DNA from: an uncultured delta proteobacterium
GTDB lineage: Bacteria > Desulfobacterota > Desulfobacteria > Desulfobacterales > UBA2156
Length of the DNA: 64,000 bases
Assembly: GCA_963736855.1 (NCBI GenBank)
Contig: CAVTQK010000021.1
Span: 448,001 to 512,000, forward strand
Direction of reading: 5' to 3'
The notes below the pieces were generated by a model. The model saw only the letters and a program-made list of their open reading frames with translations. It was not told where the DNA came from and did no database searches. The position numbers and the translations under genes were made by a program. This document shows, piece by piece, positions 31,049 to 41,228 of the stretch. Position 1 is the first letter of the stretch, and the number at the start of each line of letters is the position of its first letter.

Positions 31049-31840
31049 TTATTTTTGATGGACCGGAATGGCTTTTTTGTCGTCTTCCACCGGGAGATCT
31101 AAGAGTTCGGATTTTGGTTTCAAGTGGAGACGGAAGGCATTGACAAGGCCCGACAGGATATATGCAGCCCCGATAGTAAACAGGGCGATGGAGGGCAATG
31201 CGGCGATGAAAATCATCAGCAAAATTGCTGCCACCAAGACATTGAACTTCATTTTGTGAAACAGTTCGACGTCCTTGAAAGTTTTAAACGGGATGGTACT
31301 CACCATTAAAAAAGAAAGGGAATACAACAGGATCAACATGGCTAACGGATATGGGGAAAAATCGATTTTGTGGAAAAGCAAAACAGTGGAAGCACACATT
31401 CCGGCAGCTGCCGGAATGGGCAACCCGGTAAAATAAGGCGAACCGCTTTGTCCCTGCGCATTGAAACGGGCCAATCGCAACGCACCGCACGCCAGAAACA
31501 AGAATGCACCCAGCCATCCGATCCTTCCCAACGGTTTCAAAGCCCACAGGTATATCATCAACCCCGGGGCAAGGCCGAAGGTCATCAGGTCTGCTAACGA
31601 ATCGTATTCCATCCCAAACTTGCTATTCGTATTTGTGGCCCGAGCCACTTTTCCGTCCATAATATCAAATACCACCCCCAAAAGGATGGCTACTGCCGCT
31701 GCTACGAACTTCTGATTGATTGCCGCAACGGCAGCATAAAAACCAACAAAGAGATTACACGAGGTTAACAGATTCGGAAGTACGTAAATTCCTCGACCCC
31801 GCCTGGTCCTGTCTTTTTTTATTCGTTTTTTTCTTTTCAT
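31049..31840 (-). CDS. pssA: CDP-diacylglycerol--serine O-phosphatidyltransferase
   Basis: LPNLLT, DIMDGKVAR..FG..YDSLAD, LRLARFN; adjacent to psd. Confidence 0.93.
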   Translation of the reverse strand: MKRKKRIKKDRTRRGRGIYVLPNLLTSCNLFVGFYAAVAAINQKFVAAAVAILLGVVFDIMDGKVARATNTNSKFGMEYDSLADLMTFGLAPGLMIYLWALKPLGRIGWLGAFLFLACGALRLARFNAQGQSGSPYFTGLPIPAAAGMCASTVLLFHKIDFSPYPLAMLILLYSLSFLMVSTIPFKTFKDVELFHKMKFNVLVAAILLMIFIAALPSIALFTIGAAYILSGLVNAFRLHLKPKSELLDLPVEDDKKAIPVHQK

Positions 31841-32508
31841 TTCAGATATCCTATGACTGAAATGCCCGCCCGGACGCGATCTCCGACATGTACCCGAAGC
31901 GGCGTCGATTCCGGAAGGTACAGATCGACACGTGATCCGAAACGGATCAACCCGAAGCGCTCTCCCCGGGCAAGCGCTTCATTTTCCCGAATTCTACAGA
32001 CAATACGCCGGGCAATGAGACCTGCCACCTGGACCACCGAGATCCATTTTCCGCCTCTTGTCTCCACCAGGATCGCATTGCGCTCATTCAGACCCGATGC
32101 CTGGCTTCGATCGGCCGCCATGAAGGACCCCGTATTGTGTCGGATTCCTGCAATACGCCCCGCAAACGGCATCCGATTGACATGCACGTCTAATAACGAC
32201 ATGAAAATGCCGATCTTCTTGCACGGCTCTGCGGAAAAAGGGCCTTTCGCAGCGTCTTCAATGGAGACAACACGTCCATCCGCCGGAGCAACGATCGCCT
32301 CCGACTCGATGGGATCTTTCCGATCCGGATCCCGGAAAAAATAGACGATAAAAAGTGTCGTCATCAATCCCAGAATCGCCAAAATCCAGAACCCGATGAG
32401 AGCAAAACCTCCCGTCAGCAGTGCCGCGATCAGGATAAACGGATAACCGGAGCGGGCGATGGGAATGCGATTGCTTCGGATTCGATTTTGAGTCGGTTGA
32501 TCCCCCAT
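31837..32508 (-). CDS. psd: phosphatidylserine decarboxylase proenzyme
   Basis: FFRDPDR, APADG, DVHVNR, NERN, FGSRVD self-cleavage motif. Confidence 0.94.
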   Translation of the reverse strand: MGDQPTQNRIRSNRIPIARSGYPFILIAALLTGGFALIGFWILAILGLMTTLFIVYFFRDPDRKDPIESEAIVAPADGRVVSIEDAAKGPFSAEPCKKIGIFMSLLDVHVNRMPFAGRIAGIRHNTGSFMAADRSQASGLNERNAILVETRGGKWISVVQVAGLIARRIVCRIRENEALARGERFGLIRFGSRVDLYLPESTPLRVHVGDRVRAGISVIGYLK

Positions 32509-32533
32509 TTCATTATATTATATCTGAATCATT

Positions 32534-33265
32534 TTATAGATTCAATCCTTTTTTTGATCTCACGTTCATTTTCGGAATGCCTAAATTGCCCGGCACTTTT
32601 CTCACCTCGGCACCGCGAATATATAACGGAATGATGAGACTCGGATCGGCCGTCTGGTTTTGTCTAAGGGCCGCAAGCCCAAGACGACCGAGGGCTGAGG
32701 CCCGAATGGCATGGTCTTCAGATTTCGGAAAATGAGCGATATCACCCTTCAATTCAAGGATCTTTTTCCTGTAACGGGATGCCCCTTCCCCGATAAAAAT
32801 ACAGGGCTCTTGGATGCCCGCGACTGCCGTTTCCGGTTCCCCAACCGATTCTTTCATCTCTCGGATTAGACTTCCTGTCGCAAACCGGCAGCGGGAAAAA
32901 TAGACCTCTCCTTTCCGGGCATCCAGCATGGGGCTGATCAAGATTCCCGTCTCTTGTAGCTGAAAGGCAAGGACGTCAAGGGTCGATATCGTTACAACCG
33001 GTTTTCCGGCAGCTACTGCCAATCCCTTGGCCGTACTTAGGCCGATCCTCAACCCGGTAAAACTCCCCGGACCATGCGTTACCGCAAAACCATCGATTTC
33101 CGATAAGCATAAACGGCAATCGGAAAGCACCTGGTGGATCCTCTCCATGAGATGTCGGGAGTGGGTTTCCGTATCAGCCGACGATATTTCCCCGAGCACC
33201 GTTTCCGGAGTCACCACGGCGGCGCTGCAATGACTTGCCGCTGAATCAAATGCCAGAATCCGCAT
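32534..33265 (-). CDS. tsaB: tRNA threonylcarbamoyladenosine biosynthesis protein TsaB
   Basis: ILAFDS, HSRHL, GPGSFTGLRIG, DARKGEVY, PLYIR. Start trimmed to MRILAFD. Confidence 0.93.
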   Translation of the reverse strand: MRILAFDSAASHCSAAVVTPETVLGEISSADTETHSRHLMERIHQVLSDCRLCLSEIDGFAVTHGPGSFTGLRIGLSTAKGLAVAAGKPVVTISTLDVLAFQLQETGILISPMLDARKGEVYFSRCRFATGSLIREMKESVGEPETAVAGIQEPCIFIGEGASRYRKKILELKGDIAHFPKSEDHAIRASALGRLGLAALRQNQTADPSLIIPLYIRGAEVRKVPGNLGIPKMNVRSKKGLNL

Positions 33266-35669
33266 ACATATTATTTTTCTTGGGCCGTTCCTGACCGCCT
33301 TTTCCAAAAGCGATGGAAAGGACCTCGTCCATGTGCCCAACCGGTGCAAAGTGAATCCTGCGTTTGACGCTTGCGGGCATTTCTTTCAGCTCTTTTCGAT
33401 TTTTATCAGGCATGATGATGGTTCGAATCCCGGTCCGCAGAGCACCGAGCGCCTTTTCCTTTAGTCCTCCTACCGGAAGAACCCGGCCCAACAAGGTGAT
33501 CTCACCGGTCATAGCGACGGTATTGTCCACAGGAGTTTTCCTGATGGCCGAGATCAGAGCCGCAGCCATGGCGATGCCTGCGGACGGCCCGTCTTTTGGC
33601 GTGGCTCCTGCAGGAACGTGGATATGAATATCCAAATTCTCCAAATATCCCTCCTTCACGCCAAAGGATTTTAGGTTTTTCCGGGCATAGCTCGCTGCCG
33701 CACGCGCAGATTCCTGCATGACCTCGCCCAGTTGCCCTGTTAGGATCAGTTCTCCTTTGCCGGGAATCAGGGTAGCCTCTACGTACATCACTTCTCCACC
33801 AACCTGAGTCCATGCTAGGCCGGCAGCCAGTCCCACCTGTTCCGGTTCACCTTCCATCTCTGGAATAAATTTCGACACCCCAAGAAAACGGGCAAGGTTG
33901 CCTCTGGTGACCCTGAACAGCCCTTCCTTCCCTTCTGCAATCTGCCTGGCCACTTTTCGGAAGATGGCCTGTATTTCCCGCTCAAGATTGCGTAGACCGG
34001 CTTCTAAAGTATATTCCCGAATTATCAGGGAAAGCGCAGCAGGGCTGATGACGACCGTATCCGGTGTCAATCCGTTTTCTTTGAGCTGTCGCGGGATCAG
34101 ATGCTTAAAGGCGATGACCCTTTTTTCTTCCTCGGAATAGCCGGAAAGCGAAATGATTTCCATCCGATCTAAAAGTGCGGGAGGGATAGAGTCGGTCAAG
34201 TTGGCGGTGAGGATGAACATGACATTTGAAAGATTAAAGGGAATGTTGAGATAGTGATCGCTAAAAGCATAATTTTGTTCCGGATCTAAGGCTTCCAGAA
34301 GAGCGGAAGACGGATCCCCCCTGAAATCGGATTCGAGTTTATCGATTTCATCCATCATGAAGACCGGGTTATTTGTACCGCACTGCTTCAACCCCTGTAA
34401 AATTCTACCGGGAAGCGCCCCGATATAAGTCCGACGATGCCCCCGGATTTCCGCTTCGTCTCGCAGGCCCCCCAGCGAAACCCGGATAAATTTTCGGTTC
34501 AAGGCCCGGGCGATGGCCTGTCCCAGGGAGGTTTTTCCAACCCCTGGCGGTCCGACAAAACACAAGATGGGCCCTTTCATTTTCGGGTTCAGTTTCCGGA
34601 CGCTCAGGTACTCCAGAACCCGGTCCTTCACGGTTTTCAATCCATAATGATCGGTGTCCAGAATTGTCTTGGCGGCCTGGATATCTATGACGTCCTTAGT
34701 GAATTTATTCCAGGGAAGTTCGGTAAGCCAATCCAGATAGGTCCGGACAATGGCGGCCTCTGCGGAGTCGGGATACATCTGCTCGAGTCGTTTGAGCTGC
34801 TTTTTCGCCTCTTTCTCCGCTTCCCGATGCATCCGTGACCGTCTGATTTTCTTCCGATATTCCGCCAGTTCAACGGCCCTCTCATCATATTCTCCGAGCT
34901 CCCGATGAATCGCCCGTACCTGCTCCCGCAGGAAGTAATCCCTCTGAGATTTGGAGATCTCGTCTTTGACATCCGACTGGATCTTTGCCTGCATGGCAGA
35001 AAGGTCCACTTCCCGAGATAAAAGATCGTTGATCCTCCGAAGACGATCGACGGGGTCAATGAGTTCCAAGATCATCTGGGACTCACCGATTTTCAGCTTG
35101 AGGTTCGAGGCAGCGATATCTGCCAGTTTTCCGGGATCTTCGATGCTGGTAAGGATTGCCTTGACATCCGCTGTCAACTCTCCCCTGAGGGCCAGTACCT
35201 TTTCCGACTGCTCCCGGACGTTTCGCATCAGGGCCTCGGTTTCAAGGCTGACCTTTTCGATGACCTGTTCAGGGAGCGTTTCGATCTTTACACGAAACAG
35301 GTGCGAAGTTTTATCGTATTTGAGAATCCTTCCCCGTACAATCCCCTGGGCCAATACCTTGACGCTGCCATCGGGGAGCTTGAGCACTCTCAGTACCCTG
35401 CCAACGGTTCCGACCATATAGATGTCCGCCGGTTTTGGGTTCTCCGTTCCAGGATCTTTCTGTGTTGCTAAAAACAAGAAGCCTTCCTTTGAAACAGCCT
35501 CCTCCACCGCCTGCACCGACTTTTCCCTGCTGACGAAAAGGGGCAGGACCATATCGATGAAAATCACCGCATCCCTTACCGGGAGAAGCGGCAAGGTTGT
35601 GGGAACCTCTGCTCCTTTTTCGTGCTCTTCTAAAATACTGATGAGGTCGTCTTTATCCGCTTCTGCCAT
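33246..35669 (-). CDS. lon: ATP-dependent protease La
   Basis: DHYGL, GPPGVGKTS, RGHRRTYIGALPG, PKDGPSAG, GGLKEK. Confidence 0.98.
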   Translation of the reverse strand: MAEADKDDLISILEEHEKGAEVPTTLPLLPVRDAVIFIDMVLPLFVSREKSVQAVEEAVSKEGFLFLATQKDPGTENPKPADIYMVGTVGRVLRVLKLPDGSVKVLAQGIVRGRILKYDKTSHLFRVKIETLPEQVIEKVSLETEALMRNVREQSEKVLALRGELTADVKAILTSIEDPGKLADIAASNLKLKIGESQMILELIDPVDRLRRINDLLSREVDLSAMQAKIQSDVKDEISKSQRDYFLREQVRAIHRELGEYDERAVELAEYRKKIRRSRMHREAEKEAKKQLKRLEQMYPDSAEAAIVRTYLDWLTELPWNKFTKDVIDIQAAKTILDTDHYGLKTVKDRVLEYLSVRKLNPKMKGPILCFVGPPGVGKTSLGQAIARALNRKFIRVSLGGLRDEAEIRGHRRTYIGALPGRILQGLKQCGTNNPVFMMDEIDKLESDFRGDPSSALLEALDPEQNYAFSDHYLNIPFNLSNVMFILTANLTDSIPPALLDRMEIISLSGYSEEEKRVIAFKHLIPRQLKENGLTPDTVVISPAALSLIIREYTLEAGLRNLEREIQAIFRKVARQIAEGKEGLFRVTRGNLARFLGVSKFIPEMEGEPEQVGLAAGLAWTQVGGEVMYVEATLIPGKGELILTGQLGEVMQESARAAASYARKNLKSFGVKEGYLENLDIHIHVPAGATPKDGPSAGIAMAAALISAIRKTPVDNTVAMTGEITLLGRVLPVGGLKEKALGALRTGIRTIIMPDKNRKELKEMPASVKRRIHFAPVGHMDEVLSIAFGKGGQERPKKNNMYADSGI

Positions 35670-36124
35670 ATGTTCTGGTTGCCTTCGAATAAATATTTTT
35701 TATGGATAATCGAAAATTGAAAAAACGATTCAATCCCTTGTGTTAAAAGCTTATTTGGTGACCGCTACCAACAATGTAGCCTGATTTCCATCTTTCATTA
35801 TAACCGCAAGGTCTTTTTAGTGCATAGCCCTTATAAAAACATGTTGACGGCTCGGTGCCACAAGCCGTCAGGGATTGAAACAACTAAGTCTGCTTTCCAT
35901 GAAACGCATTAACGGTCCAAACTGAAATGGCCTGACTCCTATTATATCCAATTCCATTTCTTTAAGAAAATGCACTCCCTGTAGCAAAAGCCTATTTTTT
36001 TTAATATATAACTTAATGAAAATATATCAAGAATAATATGCTTGAATATTGATTTTCTTGGGTAACTTCTATATTGTTTTTTTAAATATGGGCGTCAACA
36101 ACGTTTTCAGAAAAGAGGAGTGGT

Positions 36125-36901
36125 ATGCTGGAGAGAGTTTTGCTTTATGGGGTCATTTTTGTTTTCGGAACCTGTGTCGGGAGTTTTTTAAACGTCTGTA
36201 TTTACCGGATACCCAAAGGGCTGTCCGTGGTTCATCCCCGCTCCATATGTCCGTCATGCGGAAATCTCATTCGCTTTTACGACAACATCCCCATACTCAG
36301 TTTTTTTCTGTTAAAAAGACGTTGTCGGTTTTGTAAGATTGTCATTCCTTCTCGGTATCCGTTGGTGGAGTTTTTGGCCGGCCTGTTGGCTTTTTCCATC
36401 TGTATCCGATATGGAGTGTCTTTGTATGGGCTTGTGCTTTTTATTTTTGTCTCAGCTTTATTGACAATTGTTTTCATCGATATCGATCATCAGATTATCC
36501 CGGATACCATCACCCTGCCGGGAATAGTATTGGGATTGGCGGTTTCGGTCCTTGTCCCTGAAATGCAGGTAATCAATTCCCTGATCGGAATCGCTTCCGG
36601 CGGCGGCATCCTGTTGGCCATCGCCCTGGCGTATCATGCCTTGACTAAAAAAGAGGGGATGGGGGGCGGCGATATCAAATTATTGGCCATGATCGGCGCC
36701 GTGATCGGCTGGAAGGGCGTTCTCTTCACCGTTTTCATCGCATCCGTTACCGGAGCACTGGTGGGAATTCTCGTGATGTTCCGGTCGCAAAAAGGACTCC
36801 AAACCCCCCTCCCATTCGGCCCCTTTCTATCCATAGGCGCCATGGCCTATGTCCACCTGGGGACCGAAATGATTTCATGGTACTTTCAACTTGCTTCCTA
36901 A
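36125..36901 (+). CDS. pilD: prepilin peptidase/N-methyltransferase (A24)
   Basis: GSFLNVCIYRIP, CPSC..CRFC, FIDIDHQIIPD, GMGGGDIKL, PFGPFL. Confidence 0.93.
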   Translation: MLERVLLYGVIFVFGTCVGSFLNVCIYRIPKGLSVVHPRSICPSCGNLIRFYDNIPILSFFLLKRRCRFCKIVIPSRYPLVEFLAGLLAFSICIRYGVSLYGLVLFIFVSALLTIVFIDIDHQIIPDTITLPGIVLGLAVSVLVPEMQVINSLIGIASGGGILLAIALAYHALTKKEGMGGGDIKLLAMIGAVIGWKGVLFTVFIASVTGALVGILVMFRSQKGLQTPLPFGPFLSIGAMAYVHLGTEMISWYFQLAS

Positions 36902-36932
36902 GCCGGGTGGAATCGGGGCTTAGCAGACTTCT

Positions 36933-37664
36933 ATGAAATATGCCGTTTTATCCGATATTCACGGAAATTTTGATGCCTTTGAAAGGGTTCTCTCGGACAT
37001 CCATCCCATCGGAGTCGACCGGATCATCAGTCTGGGAGACATGATCGGATACGGCCCGCAACCTGAAGAGGTGGTCACCGAAATTCGGAGACGCTCCGTT
37101 CTGTCAATTATGGGAAATCATGAACTTGCGGTGGTCGACAGAAGCTATCTAAACTGGTTCAACCCCCAGGCCCGTAGATCCCTGGTCCAAACCATCGCGA
37201 TGCTCAGTCCGGATTCCTTGGCTTTTATCGAAAAACTCAAGGCTTTTTTAAGATTCGATCCATGTCATTTCGTGCATGGGTATCCGCCGGATTCGCCTTT
37301 GATCTACCTTTTTGAAGTCGGTGAAGAGACTTTGGTTCAAACCTTTTTGACCAAGAATTTTTGGATCTGCTTCGTGGGACATACCCATAATCTTGAAATC
37401 ATCTCTTTCGGCCGGGACGGGCTTTCCCGGTTACCGCTGCAACGGGGAAAAACGAAGCTCCAAAAAACGAATCAATATATCCTCAATATCGGGAGTGTGG
37501 GGCAACCCCGGGACGGCAATGTGGATGCCAAGTATATTATCTGGGATCCCGAAGAAAACACCGTCGATCTGCGGTTTGTTCCCTATGATTTTAAGGCCGC
37601 AGCGGACAAGATCCTCGCCGCCGGGCTTCCCGAAGTGCATGCCAGGAGGCTTTTGCCGAAATGA
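36933..37664 (+). CDS. calcineurin-like metallophosphoesterase (putative protein phosphatase)
   Basis: SDIHGN, LGDMIGYG, GNHE, VHG, GHTH, GSVGQPRDG. Confidence 0.9.
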   Translation: MKYAVLSDIHGNFDAFERVLSDIHPIGVDRIISLGDMIGYGPQPEEVVTEIRRRSVLSIMGNHELAVVDRSYLNWFNPQARRSLVQTIAMLSPDSLAFIEKLKAFLRFDPCHFVHGYPPDSPLIYLFEVGEETLVQTFLTKNFWICFVGHTHNLEIISFGRDGLSRLPLQRGKTKLQKTNQYILNIGSVGQPRDGNVDAKYIIWDPEENTVDLRFVPYDFKAAADKILAAGLPEVHARRLLPK

Positions 37665-39052
37665 AACAAATCGGCCGATACCGGGTTTGCGGGCTTTTGG
37701 GAAAAGGGGGCATGAGCAAGGTTTACGTCGTGTTGCTCCCGGTCATTGACCGGATCGGTGCGCTGAAGCTCTTGAGCCCTCACCCTCACCTCGTTGAACT
37801 TTTGGGAAAAAAAACGCTTCGCGCCTTATTTATCTCAGAAGCCCGGACACTTGCCGGGCTGCGACACCCCAATATTGTGGATATCCTGGATTTTGACGAG
37901 GCCGGCGGGAAGCTTTTTTATGTCATGGATTATTACGCCAACAACCTCGGCGTCATGATCGGTGAAACCTACCAGAGCGAGAAACCTTCCCGGATCATTC
38001 GCCTCGACAGGGCCATCCACTATGCGCGTTTAACCCTTGAAGGCCTGAGTCGACTTCACCATGCCGGCATCATTCATCGCGACATCAAGCCTTTTAACAT
38101 CCTGCTCACCGAAAACGAGGGAGTAAAGATCAGCGACTTCGGGTTATCCAAGATCCGGGGTGAAGTCTTCGAGGGTCCGCCCAACCTCAAAGTCGGGTCT
38201 CCCTATTATGCCGCGCCTGAGCAGGAAGCCCATCCGGACGCTGTTGATTTTTCCGCCGATATTTATTCGATGGGGGTCATCATGTATCGGATGCTCACAG
38301 GATACCTTCCGGGACATTCTGAAAATACTCCTCAGCAGATCCCGAAACCCAGCCGGTTGAATCCCGATCTTGCTGAAGACTGGGATACGTTTCTGATGCG
38401 GACCATGGCGGAAAACCCCCGGGACCGTTACCCGGACGCCGCCTTCATGCTCGAAGATCTGAACCGGCTGGCCGCGGAATGGGAAATACGTCGGGATCGT
38501 GTCTGTGTTTTAAATCCGGTTCCGCAAGAATCACAAGTAAAAATGAGCCAAAAACGCACCCTCCTGAGCGAGGGCCGTAAAATTTCCATCCGGAATGCTC
38601 CCAAGGTTTTCGGCCTCGACCCGCTTTGGCGCCCACAGTCGTATACTCTAAACACCTTTGTCATGGAAAACGAATCCACGGTTCTTGATCTTGCCACAGG
38701 TTTGATCTGGCAGAAGGGGGGGTCCGAGTATCCCATTCCCTGGAGGCAGACCGCAGAATACGTTTCATCACTGAATCGAATCCGTTTCGGCGGATATAAC
38801 TGCTGGCGCCTTCCAACCATCGAGGAACTCATGTCCCTGCTCACCCCCATGCCCCAAGGCACGGATTTTTGCATAAAGCCGATTTTTGACCCCAAATGCC
38901 GGTGGTTGTGGAGCATCGACCGATGCACATTCACCTCAGCCTGGTATGTCTCTTTTGACCTGGGGTTTGTTTTCCATCAGGAAATCAACGCCCGTTTTTA
39001 TGTCAAAGCGGTTTGCTCGGCTCCGACGATTACCCAGGATAACGCGGTTTAA
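37661..39052 (+). CDS. Hanks-type Ser/Thr protein kinase with C-terminal DUF1566 (Lcl C-terminal) domain
   Basis: LGKGGMSKVY, ALK, HRDIKPFN, DFG, APE; C-terminal DLATGLIWQ..WRLPTIEEL..WS..AWYVSF. ATGA overlap with the phosphatase gene. Confidence 0.88.
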   Translation: MKQIGRYRVCGLLGKGGMSKVYVVLLPVIDRIGALKLLSPHPHLVELLGKKTLRALFISEARTLAGLRHPNIVDILDFDEAGGKLFYVMDYYANNLGVMIGETYQSEKPSRIIRLDRAIHYARLTLEGLSRLHHAGIIHRDIKPFNILLTENEGVKISDFGLSKIRGEVFEGPPNLKVGSPYYAAPEQEAHPDAVDFSADIYSMGVIMYRMLTGYLPGHSENTPQQIPKPSRLNPDLAEDWDTFLMRTMAENPRDRYPDAAFMLEDLNRLAAEWEIRRDRVCVLNPVPQESQVKMSQKRTLLSEGRKISIRNAPKVFGLDPLWRPQSYTLNTFVMENESTVLDLATGLIWQKGGSEYPIPWRQTAEYVSSLNRIRFGGYNCWRLPTIEELMSLLTPMPQGTDFCIKPIFDPKCRWLWSIDRCTFTSAWYVSFDLGFVFHQEINARFYVKAVCSAPTITQDNAV

Positions 39053-39060
39053 AGATTCTG

Positions 39061-40309
39061 TTACAAGGGATCAAATTTTCCCAAAGAAGCCGGGTCCGCC
39101 TGGATATCATATCCGGCCTGCCCTAAGGCCGCCAGGATCTCCTGGATATGATTAAAACCCCGGGTTTCAAGTTCCATGCCCACCCGGCTCATATTGATGG
39201 GCAGGTCACCGATGTTGCGGTCATGCCGGATGTGAAGAACATTGGCTTTCAGGCTCGCCACATGGGAAAGGAGCATGGCCAGAGACCCCGGCACATCATC
39301 TAAAGCGACGGTCATCCGAATTACTCGCGCGTTCCGAATCAATCCCTGATTGATGATCCGTCCGATGAGCGGGCTGTCCATGTTCCCGCCGCTGATTACC
39401 AAAACAACCTTCTCCCCCGGCTTCGTCCGGACACTTCCTTCAAGAAGTGCCGCCAAGGGGGTCGCCCCTGCCCCTTCGGCCAGAATCTTCTTCTTCTCCA
39501 GGAGCATTAGTACAGCACTCGCGATGGATTCTTCATTTACCGTTGCAAAGGCATCCACATGTTTTTCAAGGATTCGAAATGTCCGTTTACCGATCTGCCG
39601 AACCGCAATGCCGTCGGCCAGAGTGGGGCCGGCCTCCACGACAATCCGTGTCCCCAATTGCCGAGACCGCAGAGCCGATGGACATGCCGCTGCTTGTATG
39701 CCGATCACTTGGGTGGCCGGGTTTTTGGACTTGACTGCGATGCCGATGCCCGCCGACTAGCCCACCTCCTCCGACCGGGACGAGGATCTTATCCGGCGCG
39801 TCGATATCTTCCAATATTTCCAGTCCCACGGTCCCCTGACCGGCAATGATCCAGGGATCATCAAAGGGGTGTATGAACAAGATGTCTTCCCCGGCCAGCT
39901 TCCGGGCTTCCTTGAGGCTTTCGCTCATGTTTTTTCCGGAAATGATGACGGTTCCTCCGTAAGCGCGGGTGGCTTCCTGTTTGCTTATGGACGCCCATTC
40001 CGGCATGACCACGGTGGCCTTTACCCCGGCCTGCCGGGCGGCCAAGGCCACTCCTTGGGCATGGTTTCCCGCCGAGGCCGCAACCACTTCCCGGAGGTTC
40101 CTTTTACGCTTCTCGGAAAGGAGCTTGAAGGTGGCTCCCCGGACCTTGAAAGAGCCGGTGTTCTGGAGGTTTTCCAGCTTCAGATAAATATCCGCTCCGA
40201 AAAGACGCGACAGATACGGGGAGTTCACTAGGGGGGTATGCAGCACTATGCCTTTGAGGATATCGGCTGCAGATTGGATTTGTCGGACGGTTGGCATGTA
40301 TTCTTTCAC
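39061..40309 (-). pseudogene. ilvA: threonine ammonia-lyase with C-terminal ACT domain, split by a +1 frameshift near 39749-39758
   Basis: 5' ORF has KLENLQNTGSFKVRG, SAGNHAQG, HPFDD, VPVGGGGL. 3' ORF has ADGIAV, EGAGA, SGGN and an ACT domain. Removing one base restores GIGIAVK..VIGIQ. May be a sequencing error. Confidence 0.85.
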
Positions 40310-40397
40310 CTTGACTTGATGGAGAAAGTCATTAAGATTTCTTACAGTTTTTCATATTTTACTCAAATAGCAATACATTTTCAATCCCGGGTTTTCC

Positions 40398-41207
40398 ATG
40401 ATTCAAAAAAATGCTCCATGCCGAATTTCATTAATGCCCAGGCCTCGCTTGTATGAAGTTCTATGGTTTGTGTTCATTTGCGGTCTCGGCGTTTATCTGG
40501 TGGCAAGGGGTGCGGCTCAAGGCGGATATCCGTGGCAATGGTATAGAATCCCCCGGTATTTCGGAATATTCGACGGTTCGAGTTTTGTCCCCGGCCCGAT
40601 CCTTAAGGGACTGATAGTCACCCTGCAGATCACCCTGGCCGGTCTCATCCTGTCGATGTCCGTCGGCCTTTCAACGGCCTTGTTGAGGCTTTCCCGCTCC
40701 TTCATCGGCAGGGCGTTGGCCAGAGCGTATCTCGAAATCATCCGCAACACGCCTCTTTTGGTGCAATTGTTTTTCATCTATTTCGTGCTGGCCCCTATCC
40801 TGGATTTAGGGCGCTTCGCCTCTGCAGTTTTAGCATTGAGCATTTTTGAAGGAGCCTATGCCTCAGAAATTTTTCGTGCCGCCATCTTGTCCATCCATAA
40901 AGGACAATGGGAGGCAGCCTTCAGCCTGGGATTGACCCGTTACCAAAGCTATCGTCATATCATCCTCCCCCAGGGGATCCGGAAAATGTTACCCCCGCTT
41001 GCCGGACAATCGGTATCCCTGATCAAGGATTCGGCCTTGGTAAGTACCATCGCCGTTTATGACTTGACGATGCAGGCCCAGGCGATCATCTCAGAAACCT
41101 ACCTGGCATTCGAGATTTGGTTTACGGTGGCGGCAGTCTATCTGGTACTGACACTAACCCTTTCCGCCGGCGTTTTCTTCATGGAGAGGAGATTGAAAGA
41201 TTTTTAA
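40398..41207 (+). CDS. polar amino-acid ABC transporter permease
   Basis: RNTPLLVQLF, AYASEIFRA, GQWEAA.SLG, LIKDSAL. Start uncertain. Confidence 0.92.
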   Translation: MIQKNAPCRISLMPRPRLYEVLWFVFICGLGVYLVARGAAQGGYPWQWYRIPRYFGIFDGSSFVPGPILKGLIVTLQITLAGLILSMSVGLSTALLRLSRSFIGRALARAYLEIIRNTPLLVQLFFIYFVLAPILDLGRFASAVLALSIFEGAYASEIFRAAILSIHKGQWEAAFSLGLTRYQSYRHIILPQGIRKMLPPLAGQSVSLIKDSALVSTIAVYDLTMQAQAIISETYLAFEIWFTVAAVYLVLTLTLSAGVFFMERRLKDF

Positions 41208-41228
41208 CCAGGAAAAAAAGGAGGCACA

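Noticed and set aside
35670..36124. Long lon-pilD intergenic region with hairpin gacggct..agccgtc; c-di-GMP riboswitch or CIRCE considered
   Set aside because: Neither consensus is present; likely just divergent promoters.
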